Shown: positions 47,529 to 58,668 of the stretch, piece after piece
How the letters are laid out: each line of letters starts with the position of its first letter
Numbering within the stretch: the stretch's first letter is position 1
Assembly: GCA_946965045.2 (NCBI GenBank)
Contig: OX337235.1
Span: forward strand, 2,480,001-2,544,000
DNA: 64,000 nt
Source: Epithemia pelagica
Lineage: Eukaryota > Protista > Bacillariophyta
Direction: 5' to 3'
Program-made: the position numbers and the translations under genes
Notes under the pieces: model-generated
What the model was told of the DNA's origin: nothing
Seen by the model: only the letters and a program-made list of their open reading frames with translations
Databases searched by the model: none

Positions 47529-47792
47529 AGCAGTTCGATTTCAGCAACCCTAACGATTTCAGGTGAGTTTGGTTTTCGGGATTCTCTTCTTCGTACTTGT
47601 TAGGAGTAGTAAGAGCGACCAACCTGGAAGCTGAAAAAAGGTTCTCCGGGTCATTCCGAAAGCCCATCGGTCGCTCATTACATACATGTCCCCCCCCCCC
47701 CCACCTTTAAAAATCCGCACACTGTTGCAATTGTTCTGAGGATTGAGGTCTTGAGGTTGAAGAGTTCGTGTTGTTATTGTGGTGGCTAGGCC

Positions 47793-48203
47793 ATGAATAA
47801 TCCAAACGACAGTAACTTACCTCCTCTTTCGTCCAATGGTCGATGGATCTCCTTTGACGATGGACATGTTCCTGAAACTTTGGTCGTTCGAGACGCGTCT
47901 TTGTTGACACATTCTCAACAACAATCGTCTTGCCCTGAACAGCAGCGAACCACACCTTCCGTGTTGAACAACGAGAGCCACGACAGTAAGCAAGCAGAGT
48001 CAATATCCTACAAAGGACAAAATGATGGCGTGAATCGTGTGCTGGCCGTATATCCAGAATACTTTGAGGAGCGTGTCCCTTCCCTCCATGTGTTTGACGA
48101 TTTTGTAGATCCAGGCGTTGTGCAAGCTCTCTATGAGACCACGATGGAAGATTCGCAACCTTGGGGTACCTATGTTTCTATGGAACGTATTCGACAATAT
48201 CGG

Positions 48204-48234
<31 letters not shown>

Positions 48235-49544
48235 GACCAGTTAATGAAAGCTTCGATGCTCCAATATCATTGAACAAGGACGACAAGGAAGCTCGACGAG
48301 ATTTTCTCGCCGTGCAGGCAGTGGATTCTTTTTTGCGTGCGTCATTGTCGCCTCAACATACGGGTGAATCCTATTCCAAATCCGGACCCCATGCTTTGCA
48401 GACGTTCCAAACAATAAATACCACCTCGTCCACCTGGAGCAAAGACACCCCAGAGATCAACCACAAGAGCTTGACTTTCTGGACCGAGTCGGATTTGGAT
48501 CACTTGCACGGAGTGGCTGTATGGGCGTTGGGCGCGTCCGTTGGTTCCCAGGTTCCCTACCATTTGGATTATGCGGAACAAGTTCGATACGACACAAATC
48601 GGATTGTACCACCCGTATTAGCTGGTACGCTGCAATGCACAACAAGGGCAACCATTGTCGGTGGAACCTATTGCGCTCATTTTCAAGGATTGGACCACTA
48701 CCAACAACATGGGTATAAAGGCATGAAAACTGCAAGGAATCAACGTAATGACACTAGCCTGCTTTTGGATACACTGGAAACCGATGCGGGGTGGATTCAA
48801 GTTCCCTACCGAGGCAATCGTATGATTGTCCAATCGGGTCATTTGCCCCATTTAAGTACTCCCATTGAAGCGATCCACACTAATCCACCCTGTAATGGTA
48901 CCAAACGGGTGATTGTAGGTTTCAATGCATTTCTTTTTGATTTCGGTCCCATTGTTCAACGCGCACCAGAACATTCCCAAGTATTTCGTCGCAAAGTGGC
49001 ATTGCAACGATGGTTGTTGTCTCAGACCAACAAGAGCACCAATACAACAATGATCCAAGATAATGTCTCAGAATTGACGAGCGATGGGAAAGCTGGAGTC
49101 ATTGAAGCTAGGAATCCAAAGTCAGTCGGTAGTGCTGGTTTCAGTTTGGAAAGTATCCGAGCCAATCCATCCTTGGCCAAATTGTTGGTAATGGCCAAGC
49201 GACAAAAGTTAAAACACGACTTTGCCAAACAACGATTTGATCTCGAGTACGACATTCGGAATCATTTATCAGAAGTTTCGTCGTTGTCATCCACCAGTGA
49301 GTTGGAGCAATCTGGAACAACGGTTCGGGATTTAATGAAACGACTGGGACGAGCCGATGGACACTATCCGTCACCCCTTGATGTGCAGGTTCACTTGTCC
49401 CAAGGCGCAAAACGAGGAAATTACAAGGTTGTTTCTCCGTGTACAACTCACCGGCGTAATTATTCGGATGAGACAGACGACGAACACGCGAGCAGATGGA
49501 ATGGTCGAGTACTAGCGAGTGATGCGTTCATCCAACTTGTTTGA
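47793..49544 (+). CDS. Fe(II)/2-oxoglutarate dioxygenase-like protein
   Basis: HxD (YHLDY), distal His (HLPH) and KRVIVGFN. Contains a polyQ from (CAA)9. Confidence 0.75.
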
Positions 49545-49932
49545 CTCCTTTCTATGATCTATGATCCAACTTGTCTTACTCGTTGTTGTGACACAGATGT
49601 AAATGGTTAGCGATGCTATTGCGAATTGAGACTTGTTCATACGAAGCGTAAAAACTTCTATCTTACTCCCGACGCAACTTGAAACACCCAACACCAGATG
49701 GAAGAAGTTTAGAGGAACTCAATCTTAGGACCACGAAGCTCCAGATAAGGGTGAGGCCCAGTGCTGTTGCTAGTGATGTGATTTGCAGGAATTCCCGATG
49801 GAAGTGAACTGGATGAAGCCTAACTAGAATCTAGTCAGAGATTTTGTCCACGGTTTGCATTGCAAGTGTCATTATAAGTACACATGGTAACCCCTAGTAA
49901 TAGCAAAATGTAGTTGTTTTGTACAGTGTCCC

Positions 49933-50757
49933 TCAATTCGCAACGGGTTGTGGCCGCGCCGCAAACAATCCCAGCCAGCTGTGTCTGGGTAAGCTATCAT
50001 AGCTCTCGTTGCTGTCATTCAAGTCTGGGAATGTTGTGGGTGATGATGTATTGTTCGTTGTGCTGTTGTTGCTGCTGCTCGCACTGGTGGAGGCCAATGA
50101 GGCAACATCCTTGCAAGTTGGCATGGGACTATCTGGAACACTGTCATCGTCCATCATTTCTTCCTGTCCCAACGCGAAATCAGTTTGTGGATTCCATCGG
50201 TTCGGATCTAATTTTCTGAATGGAGGTCTCTTCTTTTGGAAATAAAGTTTTGGTCTCTCACAATGTGGTTGACAGGGGCATCCGTTACTGGCTTTGCAGT
50301 ATTCACAGTATGTAGGAAGGACATAAGCTCCTGCCGGCAGAACCTGCACACGAACGGCTTCGCCTTCTTCCTCGTCACGGAAGAAAGAAAACATTGACAG
50401 CGGTTGTCGGCAATTCTTCGAGAGGGGGAAACACCGCGAGTAGTTAGAACAGACAATGATGAAGAACTTTAGTGAGTGTCGAATGTGTTGATCACGTACC
50501 ATGAAGACATCGAGCTGATCTTCCAAGCTCCCATTGCACATTCCAGGTACATGACATGTGCCGTGCACCGTGTTGTCGAGTAGACGCTTCATGAAGTCAT
50601 TTTCGGCTTGCTCGTCCACTCCTTCAAAGAACTGTGTCCGGTTGTCCACACCCGGCGGGTTTGGACCGTTCGGAGAATGACCAGGAGACATCATTGTCCC
50701 CGGCGAGACTTCGTTCTTGTCTGTTTCTGCTAGAATACTATTGTCATTCACATTCAT
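49933..50757 (-). CDS. hypothetical protein with Cys cluster
   Basis: 274-codon ORF containing YCEYCKASNGCPCQPHC. No homolog recognised. Confidence 0.5.
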   Translation of the reverse strand: MNVNDNSILAETDKNEVSPGTMMSPGHSPNGPNPPGVDNRTQFFEGVDEQAENDFMKRLLDNTVHGTCHVPGMCNGSLEDQLDVFMVRDQHIRHSLKFFIIVCSNYSRCFPLSKNCRQPLSMFSFFRDEEEGEAVRVQVLPAGAYVLPTYCEYCKASNGCPCQPHCERPKLYFQKKRPPFRKLDPNRWNPQTDFALGQEEMMDDDSVPDSPMPTCKDVASLASTSASSSNNSTTNNTSSPTTFPDLNDSNESYDSLPRHSWLGLFAARPQPVAN

Positions 50758-53301
50758 GATACGATATCAATTCTCCCCGTCGTCGTACTGCTTCGACTCG
50801 CGTTTGACAGTGCAATCATGCGCCGTTGTAGTTAACCCAATAATGGAATGTCAACTAAAAGTACAAGATGGCTTCTTCTTGCGCGATGACAAGAGGAGAA
50901 TCGGGGAAGTAAAAAAGATGGAGCCCATAGTGTGATGAGTGCGCTTCCGCAGTCGTTTGGACGAGCGTGCCGCGTGCCGCTCAAAAATCGTGACATACAG
51001 GCTTCGAACTTGGATGTAGATCCCGCGAAAGCGCGTCACGCCAAGCCGGCCATGACAATCGGACGTGATATTGACATTATCTACATAACACAAAGGCTCA
51101 TCGGATCCGAGGGCAATTCAAGATTGTCGTCCGTTGAATGAGAGCACTTGCGCACCCAAAAACTGAGGAAGGCGGTGCTCGTTCTTTCAAAGTCAAAAAG
51201 AGGCCAAACGACACAAAAAGGCAATGCTCACCAAAATCATGAAAGGAGTTCTCAACTGGCAACGAAGACGATTGTCAAAGGAAGCACATGCAAGCGTTAC
51301 TACTTACTACGATATGAATCAATGAACAATGCTTCATGGATGTTCTAAGCGTTGCAGCCGTTATACCATCACCAAGCAATGCCGAATACAAACCATGAAT
51401 GGACCTTCCACCGGTGACCGTGTCGCGTAAGCAATCGTAAGGTCCACAAAGGAAAGGAAACTCGTACTTCATAAGTATGGCAATAGTGGATGACGGTCGA
51501 CTGTCCACTTGCGCTAATCACTTGACTGGCTAAACAGTTTTGTCGGATCAGCTCCCTCCTCCCTCTTGTAAATAAAACACCTAATCCACTGTGAATTTGA
51601 TGCAATTGTTCACAAGAAGCAGTCGTTGAAGTCGTCCATCCCAAATCAAGCTCTCTTTGTGTCGAGTTCCATGACCAATTGCTAAACGTTGTTTTGGACG
51701 TTTGCGTCTCCTTTCCCAACGACATTCATCGTTCGACAAGATTAGTCCACGTTAAGCCAAATGGATGACCCACGGCAGCAATGTTTAGTCAACAATCTTC
51801 CTTCTTTCATTATCAGAAATCTTCTAACGTCGCAAGATCATGCAACGCGAATAACAATAAATGACGTACTAGTCTGTGGGGCCGAGTAAGTTGTAGTAAA
51901 GGCAATCGCCATTTCGCACATGCCATCGATCTCAGCTTGGTCGAAGGAAAATCTTGAGCAAGTGAATCATTGGCTGTGTACTGAGCATTTTCAGATCGGT
52001 TGCCGGTAGGAGTAGGATCGGGAACGGGGACAAAGGCACATTGTTGGTGAGAAAAAATACAAAGGATGCGACCGATATTCGCGCAGTTGATTTTTTCGAT
52101 CACTCCCCCGCGGGGGTGGATTTAGCGCGCAAGCTTTTAGCGCGCGGGTAAAAAAGTGTTCGGGATTGGAACACCGCGAAATTGCGTTTTGCGTTCTGGG
52201 TCGAGAATTGGATGGCAAATGGCAAACCAAAATCCCAACCCACCGTGATGTGGAACCAAACTGCTAAGCTAGCTAGAATAAGATGGGAACGATTCAAGAG
52301 GTGTATATTTTCTGTCCTTCGTGCGTTGCCCAACTTTGGCCTCTTGTTTTTTTCCAAAGCGCCTGCCATGTCAAATCGTCAGCCTGCCTTCGATCGTTGA
52401 ATCTGAACGCCGGCCTCGCCTCGTATTTTGTGCCATGAATCGTCTCACTTTTCACTTTTCGACGAACCACAAGAAATGACAATGGGGCTGCAACAAAATC
52501 GAAAAATCCAGCAAAATGAATGACCATAGCATGAATACCACTGTCAAGATCTACCCCCTGGATCATCAGTAAACGCGGCAATCAACCGAATGAGAAGAAG
52601 GATGAAAAATGACAAGATGACAATCAACCAGTGTGTGGACGACATCAGAGTCTAAGGAAGGACACAATACAATGGATAGGGCCAGGAAGCCTAAACAAAT
52701 AGGAGGAGTACCTAGATACATATAGAGTTGACTATGCTTGTATTTTAGTTGCAGTCCATGTACTAAGAGCTTTCCTTGTTGTGGGCCATTGCCACTTGTC
52801 TTGTCTTTGTGCATGTTTTTTTCTGTTTCACGTGTGTGTTCACTGTTCATCCTTGTGTGGGATTTCTTCGCGTCGTGCTCCGTATCAAGCCAAAGCCAGG
52901 GCGAAGCGCGCGAAGCCAGTTATGACAGTTGCTATGGACGTTATAATTACTGCTTTTAGAGGAAAAAACTGAGTTATAATTTCAAGTAAAAACTAAAATG
53001 AAAAAAGAAAAATGTCGGATGGATGACAGAAGTTATACACCCGCCGGATCGGACAGAACTATTGAGTGTGATCCATGTTCATTGATTTAGGGCAATGTTA
53101 TTCTTTATCTACGTAGCTAGGAGTAATTGTGATCGGTGTGCATCCTCAATCCTCAGCCCTTCGTGTGCTATGCACTGCTATGTGACACAACAAACCAATG
53201 CACTGATAGAATAAAAAATGAGATGGAGACAAACGACACACACACAACATAGGATTAGCTACGATGAAGCTAGCCAAATAATGAGGATAAGCTGAAAACT
53301 C

Positions 53302-53560
53302 AAAACGGCAGATTGGAGCTACACGGCAGATCGGAGCTAAACGGCAGATCGGAGCTAAACGGCAGATCGGAGCTAAACGGAAGAAAGGCGCTAAACGGAA
53401 GGAGCTACGAGAAAACACGTAGGATTTTGTACTAGGAGGCGTTAAACGGCAGAAAGGCGCTAAACGGCAAAAAGGCGCTAAGCGGCAGATCGGAGCTACA
53501 AAAACGGCAGATCGGAGCTACAAAAACGGCAGATCGGAGCTAATCGGCAGATCAGAGCTA
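53302..53560 (+). repeat. 18-bp minisatellite (AAACGGCAGATCGGAGCT and variants)
   Basis: A dozen or so copies in two blocks, with an AAACGGCAGAAAGGCGCT variant. Confidence 0.93.
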
Positions 53561-54117
53561 GACGGTAGAGCACGTAGTAAGTAGGACTGATCCATGACCA
53601 TTTAATATCCCGGTTTGAAGCCTTCTTAGCAATGATTCTGTCTTCTTTATGTGCTGATCCCCGAGTCGCTCACACCAACTCTATGTCTTGGGTCTTGGAC
53701 AAATTTTTAAACTCTGTAGCTACTAGTTCTGCGACTCAATCTGATTCGGTTGCTAATGAATGTTCTAGTTGTCTATTTGGATGCTAATTGATTGTATCTA
53801 TTGAGGTCAACAGTTTAAGCTACAGTTCTACCTGTTACGAGCCACTGCTACGAGTGTCATCTTGTCGACGTTGCGGGTTGCGGACCATCAGGGACACCCG
53901 CTACTTTGGTAGCGGTATGGACTTTTCCGCTTTCATAGTAGTCTTCCTATTCAGTACAGTGTGATTTCAGCGACTACCTACAATACAATGAGAATTGTAC
54001 TTAAGAATTCGATTTCCGTTGATTACAAGTATTTATGAGACTTGATCTTGCATCAAGACCATCATTTATTATGACCGTTAATATAGGGTTTCGCTAAAAA
54101 AAGCCTTGACCTGCTGG

Positions 54118-54285
54118 CTCGAAACAATGTCGAAACCACGACACAACGTCGAAACAAAGTCAAAACAAAGTCGAAACAAGGTCGCAACAAAGTCGAAACA
54201 AGGTCAAAACAACCCGAAACCAACCGAAACAAAGTCGAAACAAAGTCGAAACAAAGCCGAAACAAAGTCGAAACAAAGTCGAAAC
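54118..54285 (+). repeat. 11-bp tandem array (GTCGAAACAAA)n, copy 1
   Basis: Degenerate tandem units ending just before the ATG at 54292. Confidence 0.93.
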
Positions 54286-54291
54286 CAAGCC

Positions 54292-54889
54292 ATGCCGCCA
54301 CGAAGGTCTGAGTGGATTGACTGGCGTCGCAGTGCAGCACGAGCCATCCTTATTCGAGATCTTGAGCCAGGCGGTCTCCTTCACAGCATGGATGCAGTTC
54401 CGGCTGACCACTTGTTTGTGTTCTACAAGAAGCTTCCCGAGTTTGCGAATGTTCCTTTTGATCAATTCAAGGAACGACTGAAGGACCACCGCAAACAATC
54501 AAACAACGCGCAGGAATTGGTGGACCGTGACCACAAGGCGCACCATGTTGACCGTCACGTCCATCCAAGAAAGGACCGGAACTGCCGTGGAGAGCTGGTC
54601 TTCGACGTCCATCCAGCAAAGGAAGCTTCTCCGGATGGACGTGGCCAATGGCGTTCACTTGAAATTGACGCCCGTGGCACTGAGGAAGACGCGTCCCGCC
54701 TATATGGCATTCAAGCTAGAAATCTTCAAGTTTCGAATCTACCAAGAAGTGAGACGAGTGCGCTACTTCAACTACTTGCGGCTCAAGGAAGAGGAAGCCA
54801 AACAGAAGCTCAATCTACCTGCTGTCTCTCCAATGGACGAATTGATGCGACGCCGAGAACTTGCAAACCACATCCTAGCCTACAAGTAA
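54292..54889 (+). pseudogene. Harbinger-like accessory gene with +1 frameshift
   Basis: WRRSAARAIL...FDQFKERLKDHR...FDVHPAK continues as KLLRMDV...FKFRIYQEVRR only after removing 1 nt near 54620. Confidence 0.7.
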
Positions 54890-54937
54890 AACATAGTAGA
54901 AAACCAAATCTCAACTACATTGAATTTATGGATGAAT

Positions 54938-55861
54938 CTACGGCTCAAATAGGAGACTTGTGCCATTGTCAAGTGCATACTGAACTGTCACAGCGACTGC
55001 ACGAAATGCTATGCCGTGTTTCTCGTCCGAATGCCTCCATGTCTGGTTGAGGCATCCAAAAGTAGCCATTTTTCCATTGAAACTTTCATGCCGAAGACAG
55101 ATCCGGCTCTTGAGGTTATTGGCTTGTTTGGAATCTTCATGGGGATTGGGCCAGGATATTTTCCCACTGTACTCCTTCTTAATGTACCAACGATCAGCCA
55201 CAATCAATTTGCCTGGCTTGAGTCGTTCCAACACGCCGGACCGTTCGAGCATCTCCAAGTCCCCCATTCCCCCACGCACGGGGCCATATATGTGAACACA
55301 CCTCGGTCGATGTGCCGCCAAAACAATTTGGTATTTCAGAGCACCGTGCGCATGCTTGTGAGAGCAGTTCCCACGATCGAACGGAAGCATTTGAGTCTTG
55401 TGCTTGCGCTCGAAAACTTTTTTGTCGACACCATCCACGGACAACACATTAACCTCAGACTCGGGACTGTCAAGAATTCTCGGCCAGAAAATTACCTTCT
55501 TCTGGAGAAACGCAATTTTCCGAATCCACCCCCACAAATGCTCTCCTCTCGCATAGCACTCACACATGTCAAAGCAATCACTGAGCTGCTCACTATTTCT
55601 CGTGTAGTTGTAGAGGAAATAGTGAGCAACCATGAACATCTTGAATCCTCCTCTTTTGATTTCATTCGTAGATAGTAGTTCCTCGCCATTGTCGTCTGTT
55701 GCATGGCATAGGTCGAACCATTGCGCAGCAATCACCAACGGGTGAGACCCGTAGTGCTTCGTAAACTTGAGTCGTCGTCATTCCAATGTCAATTTGCCCG
55801 CATCATCCACATGAAGAAGCCGTAGGCCCCTTTCGAGGACTTCCGACGGTTGAAGAGACAT
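54938..55861 (-). pseudogene. DDE_Tnp_4-type transposase with premature stop
   Basis: SVDGVD, ADRWY and RHESFNGKM motifs. ATG at 55861; in-frame TGA at codon 28 (55780-55778). Confidence 0.88.
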
Positions 55862-56282
55862 TCTTTGATTGTTGAAAATGTGGTGACGAATGCAATGATG
55901 GATTCTTGGGGACAAGAACTCTATTGGCACTCGGGAAGGTCACTCACTAGTAGGTAGGTTTCTGTCTTCTGTCACAAAAGTGTTCAATAACTCCACGCCT
56001 GTCTCACACGGCGGGGGACCCCCATGATTAGGACCCGTGGGTAGTAGGAGAGACACATGATGCGCCTGCAGATTCACGAGTTCTCAACTCGTGAGCACAA
56101 GCATAGAAGGCTGCGCCTAAATAGACATCCTATTACATATGCACATGACAATCAAACGATGTTTATTTGTTATCCATTGATGTAGATGCCAAACCAGGAT
56201 TGGCAATCTCGGTAGGTAGACGACTCACTCGCTCGATCCCAGGAGGTTGTTTTCTCTCCGTTTGCCCATTCGACAAACAAAC

Positions 56283-57740
56283 ATGGAGATCTCACAAGAC
56301 AAACTTTCGCAAATCAACGAAGAGGAAGATTGGGTTGTTGACTCTGTCAACAGTGAGGCCCAAGATCAGCAAGAACAACCGTCGATTGGAACCTTGCAAC
56401 GAAAGAAGCCGGCGCCAGGTGGATTGAGTGCTGAGAAAACCAAGACCCTCCTTGAAGCTTTTGAACTGTCCGGCGAGACAAGGGAATCATTCGACCTCTG
56501 GGCACTGTGTTCAGCCAACCCGACCACATTTGGAGCCGAAGGAACCGTGCTTTGCAGGCAAGTGCAGCAACGTTGGGCAAAGTGCAAGGGCCGCTCAATC
56601 AGGGCCTACATTGCATACTTGAAAAAGATTGGTGTGACACCCGGTCCCAAAAGCCTCGAAGAGATGAACAAGAAACCAGCCTACCCCGACAAACCAGCCT
56701 TCTCCGACAACGCGTCGACCGCACCGTCCACCTCTGATGAAGAGATCATCGTTCCCGACGAAGAAGAAGAAGACCCATATGCGATGGTTGGGATTGGAAA
56801 TCCCTTTGCAAATGACAATGTGGACCAGCTTGAAGCAGACTCTGGCCAGGTTTCTCTTGCCGACGACAGGAAGCCTGCTGCAAGGGCCAGCGTCCCATCT
56901 CTCCCGGCGGCCCAAAACCAAGAAGCTGTGAGGATGTTTCACACTCCACCCCGTCCTGTTGCGCATGCTGGTGGCTTTAACCCTGGCCAACAACAGCATC
57001 GCTTCGGACGCCTTTCTCCTCTTGTTGCCCAGGCCGCCCGTACCAACGTGGCACATGCCTTTGTACCCACTGCCTGGTTTGTGAACCAGAATGGTACAGT
57101 CAAGAATCCATGGGTGATTCCGATCCGTCTAGACAAGATGGCCGAGCGACACCGCGAGTTCGATGTCCAGTTGGTCGAAAATATCAACCAAGACGGATTT
57201 TTCACTCGCAGCGGTTTTCACATCCGCCGGCCCGTTGCCTGCCCGGATATGAACGACTGGGAAGCGGACATCCCAACAGACGACTACGACGAGATGTGGA
57301 GAGGACGACTCATCCGTTTCAGGGGCCCCGCTCAAGATTTTTGGATTCGTGATACGGAGCGCTACCATACGGGGATTGGCAGGGAGTCGAAGATCAAGTG
57401 TGACGCAACTTTCAACGCACACAGTGCGACTGAGGTTGCGATTGAAGAGTCCAAAGAACACTGGCGTGCTAGTGCCTATTGGATCATGGTTTTCCCGCCC
57501 GGCGTTCAGCTTGAGAACAAGATTTTCTCGTTGGACGATAACATCGTGCCAGTCACCAAGAACCCTCAAAAGCTAAAGAAGGACCACCCAGAAAACCTCT
57601 TCAACAAAGAAATCCTGGCCATGACCCTGTTTTGGCGCATTGCTCTCAAGGGAGGCAAAAAGATTGGTGGTAAGCAATCTGAGAAGAAGAAGGAGGCCGA
57701 GGCCAAGAGCATGTTTGAAGACTATCCAGTACGCCCCTAG
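56283..57740 (+). CDS. hypothetical protein, probably transposon cargo or accessory
   Basis: 497-codon ORF (first ATG 56283) with an N-terminal helical domain, an acidic/Pro linker and a C-terminal globular region. Head-to-head with the transposase. Confidence 0.7.
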   Translation: MEISQDKLSQINEEEDWVVDSVNSEAQDQQEQPSIGTLQRKKPAPGGLSAEKTKTLLEAFELSGETRESFDLWALCSANPTTFGAEGTVLCRQVQQRWAKCKGRSIRAYIAYLKKIGVTPGPKSLEEMNKKPAYPDKPAFSDNASTAPSTSDEEIIVPDEEEEDPYAMVGIGNPFANDNVDQLEADSGQVSLADDRKPAARASVPSLPAAQNQEAVRMFHTPPRPVAHAGGFNPGQQQHRFGRLSPLVAQAARTNVAHAFVPTAWFVNQNGTVKNPWVIPIRLDKMAERHREFDVQLVENINQDGFFTRSGFHIRRPVACPDMNDWEADIPTDDYDEMWRGRLIRFRGPAQDFWIRDTERYHTGIGRESKIKCDATFNAHSATEVAIEESKEHWRASAYWIMVFPPGVQLENKIFSLDDNIVPVTKNPQKLKKDHPENLFNKEILAMTLFWRIALKGGKKIGGKQSEKKKEAEAKSMFEDYPVRP

Positions 57741-57809
57741 TAATTGACTACATAGTAAAAGCGAATTCTTTAGTTGAAATGCACTACTCCTATTAGTTAT
57801 TCATGTACG

Positions 57810-58268
57810 CTAATGCTGTCCCTTGAACTTGATGCGACGCCAGCGGGCCTTTTCATTGGGTAAGGCATTCTGTGCAGCAATGGCTCTATTGAGGTATGAC
57901 AAGAACAGAGTTGCAATTCGTTTTCCTCCTTCTCCTGATCCTGAGATCTCCTCGAACTCAGCCATTTTCCTTGTGAGCACCACGAACATCTCCATAATGT
58001 CTGCATTCTCAAAAAGCATTGCCTCCTCCTTGTTTGATGGGAGCTGGACATCAGCCTCCATCACAAAACTTGTGTGTAGAATCCTTGTTGCCTTCAGAAC
58101 CGTAGGACTTGTTTTCACTTGGATGATCACATACGTGTAGAAGCGAGTGCATTCCTTCGCCGTGTCCACCCATGCTCGCAATCCCTTGTAGTCTCCCAGC
58201 ACAATCTTGATCCTTGCCCCCTTTCTTTCATTGATGGGTGGAAGATTTGACGATTTCTTCTCCACCAT
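57810..58268 (-). CDS. small protein with KOW/SH3-like N-terminal motif
   Basis: KGARIKIVLGDYKGLRAWVD pattern; ATG-initiated 152-aa ORF. Confidence 0.55.
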   Translation of the reverse strand: MVEKKSSNLPPINERKGARIKIVLGDYKGLRAWVDTAKECTRFYTYVIIQVKTSPTVLKATRILHTSFVMEADVQLPSNKEEAMLFENADIMEMFVVLTRKMAEFEEISGSGEGGKRIATLFLSYLNRAIAAQNALPNEKARWRRIKFKGQH

Positions 58269-58408
58269 ATTTGTCTTGTCTGTTGCTTTGTTTTATGACT
58301 GTACCTGCAGTGAACAAGAATCTCCCCTCTCACTCGCTCGAGTCGCTCATCGTGCCACCATTAGCGACATTGAGCGACCATGGTTGATTATTGTGTTCGC
58401 CATCATGG

Positions 58409-58523
58409 GTCGAAACAAACCGAAACAAAGTCGAAACAAAGTCGATACCAACCGAAACAAGCCAAAACAAAGTCGACACCAGGTCGAAACAAAGTCGAAA
58501 CAAAGTCGAAACAAAGTCGAAAC
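58409..58523 (+). repeat. 11-bp tandem array (GTCGAAACAAA)n, copy 2
   Basis: Same unit and same orientation as 54118-54285. Confidence 0.93.
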
Positions 58524-58668
58524 CAGCCGTTAAATACGGGACCAACCCGAAACAAGACATGACACAAACTCGAAACATTTAGCGATTATCCCAATCCACG
58601 ACTCAGTTGCGACATCGAAAAAGAAATTGTTAACTTAATTATTTGATTTAAGCACGTGTCGCTAGATT

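Noticed and set aside
52105-52116. Helitron 3' hairpin (CCCCCGCGGGGG)
   Set aside because: No CTRR terminus follows on either strand, and there is no Rep/helicase.
54106-55050. 314-aa ORF as a single protein
   Set aside because: It is a chimera of translated repeat array, the true accessory N-part and post-frameshift junk.
53302-58523. CRISPR array
   Set aside because: Contiguous tandem units without unique spacers, no cas genes, and a eukaryotic context.
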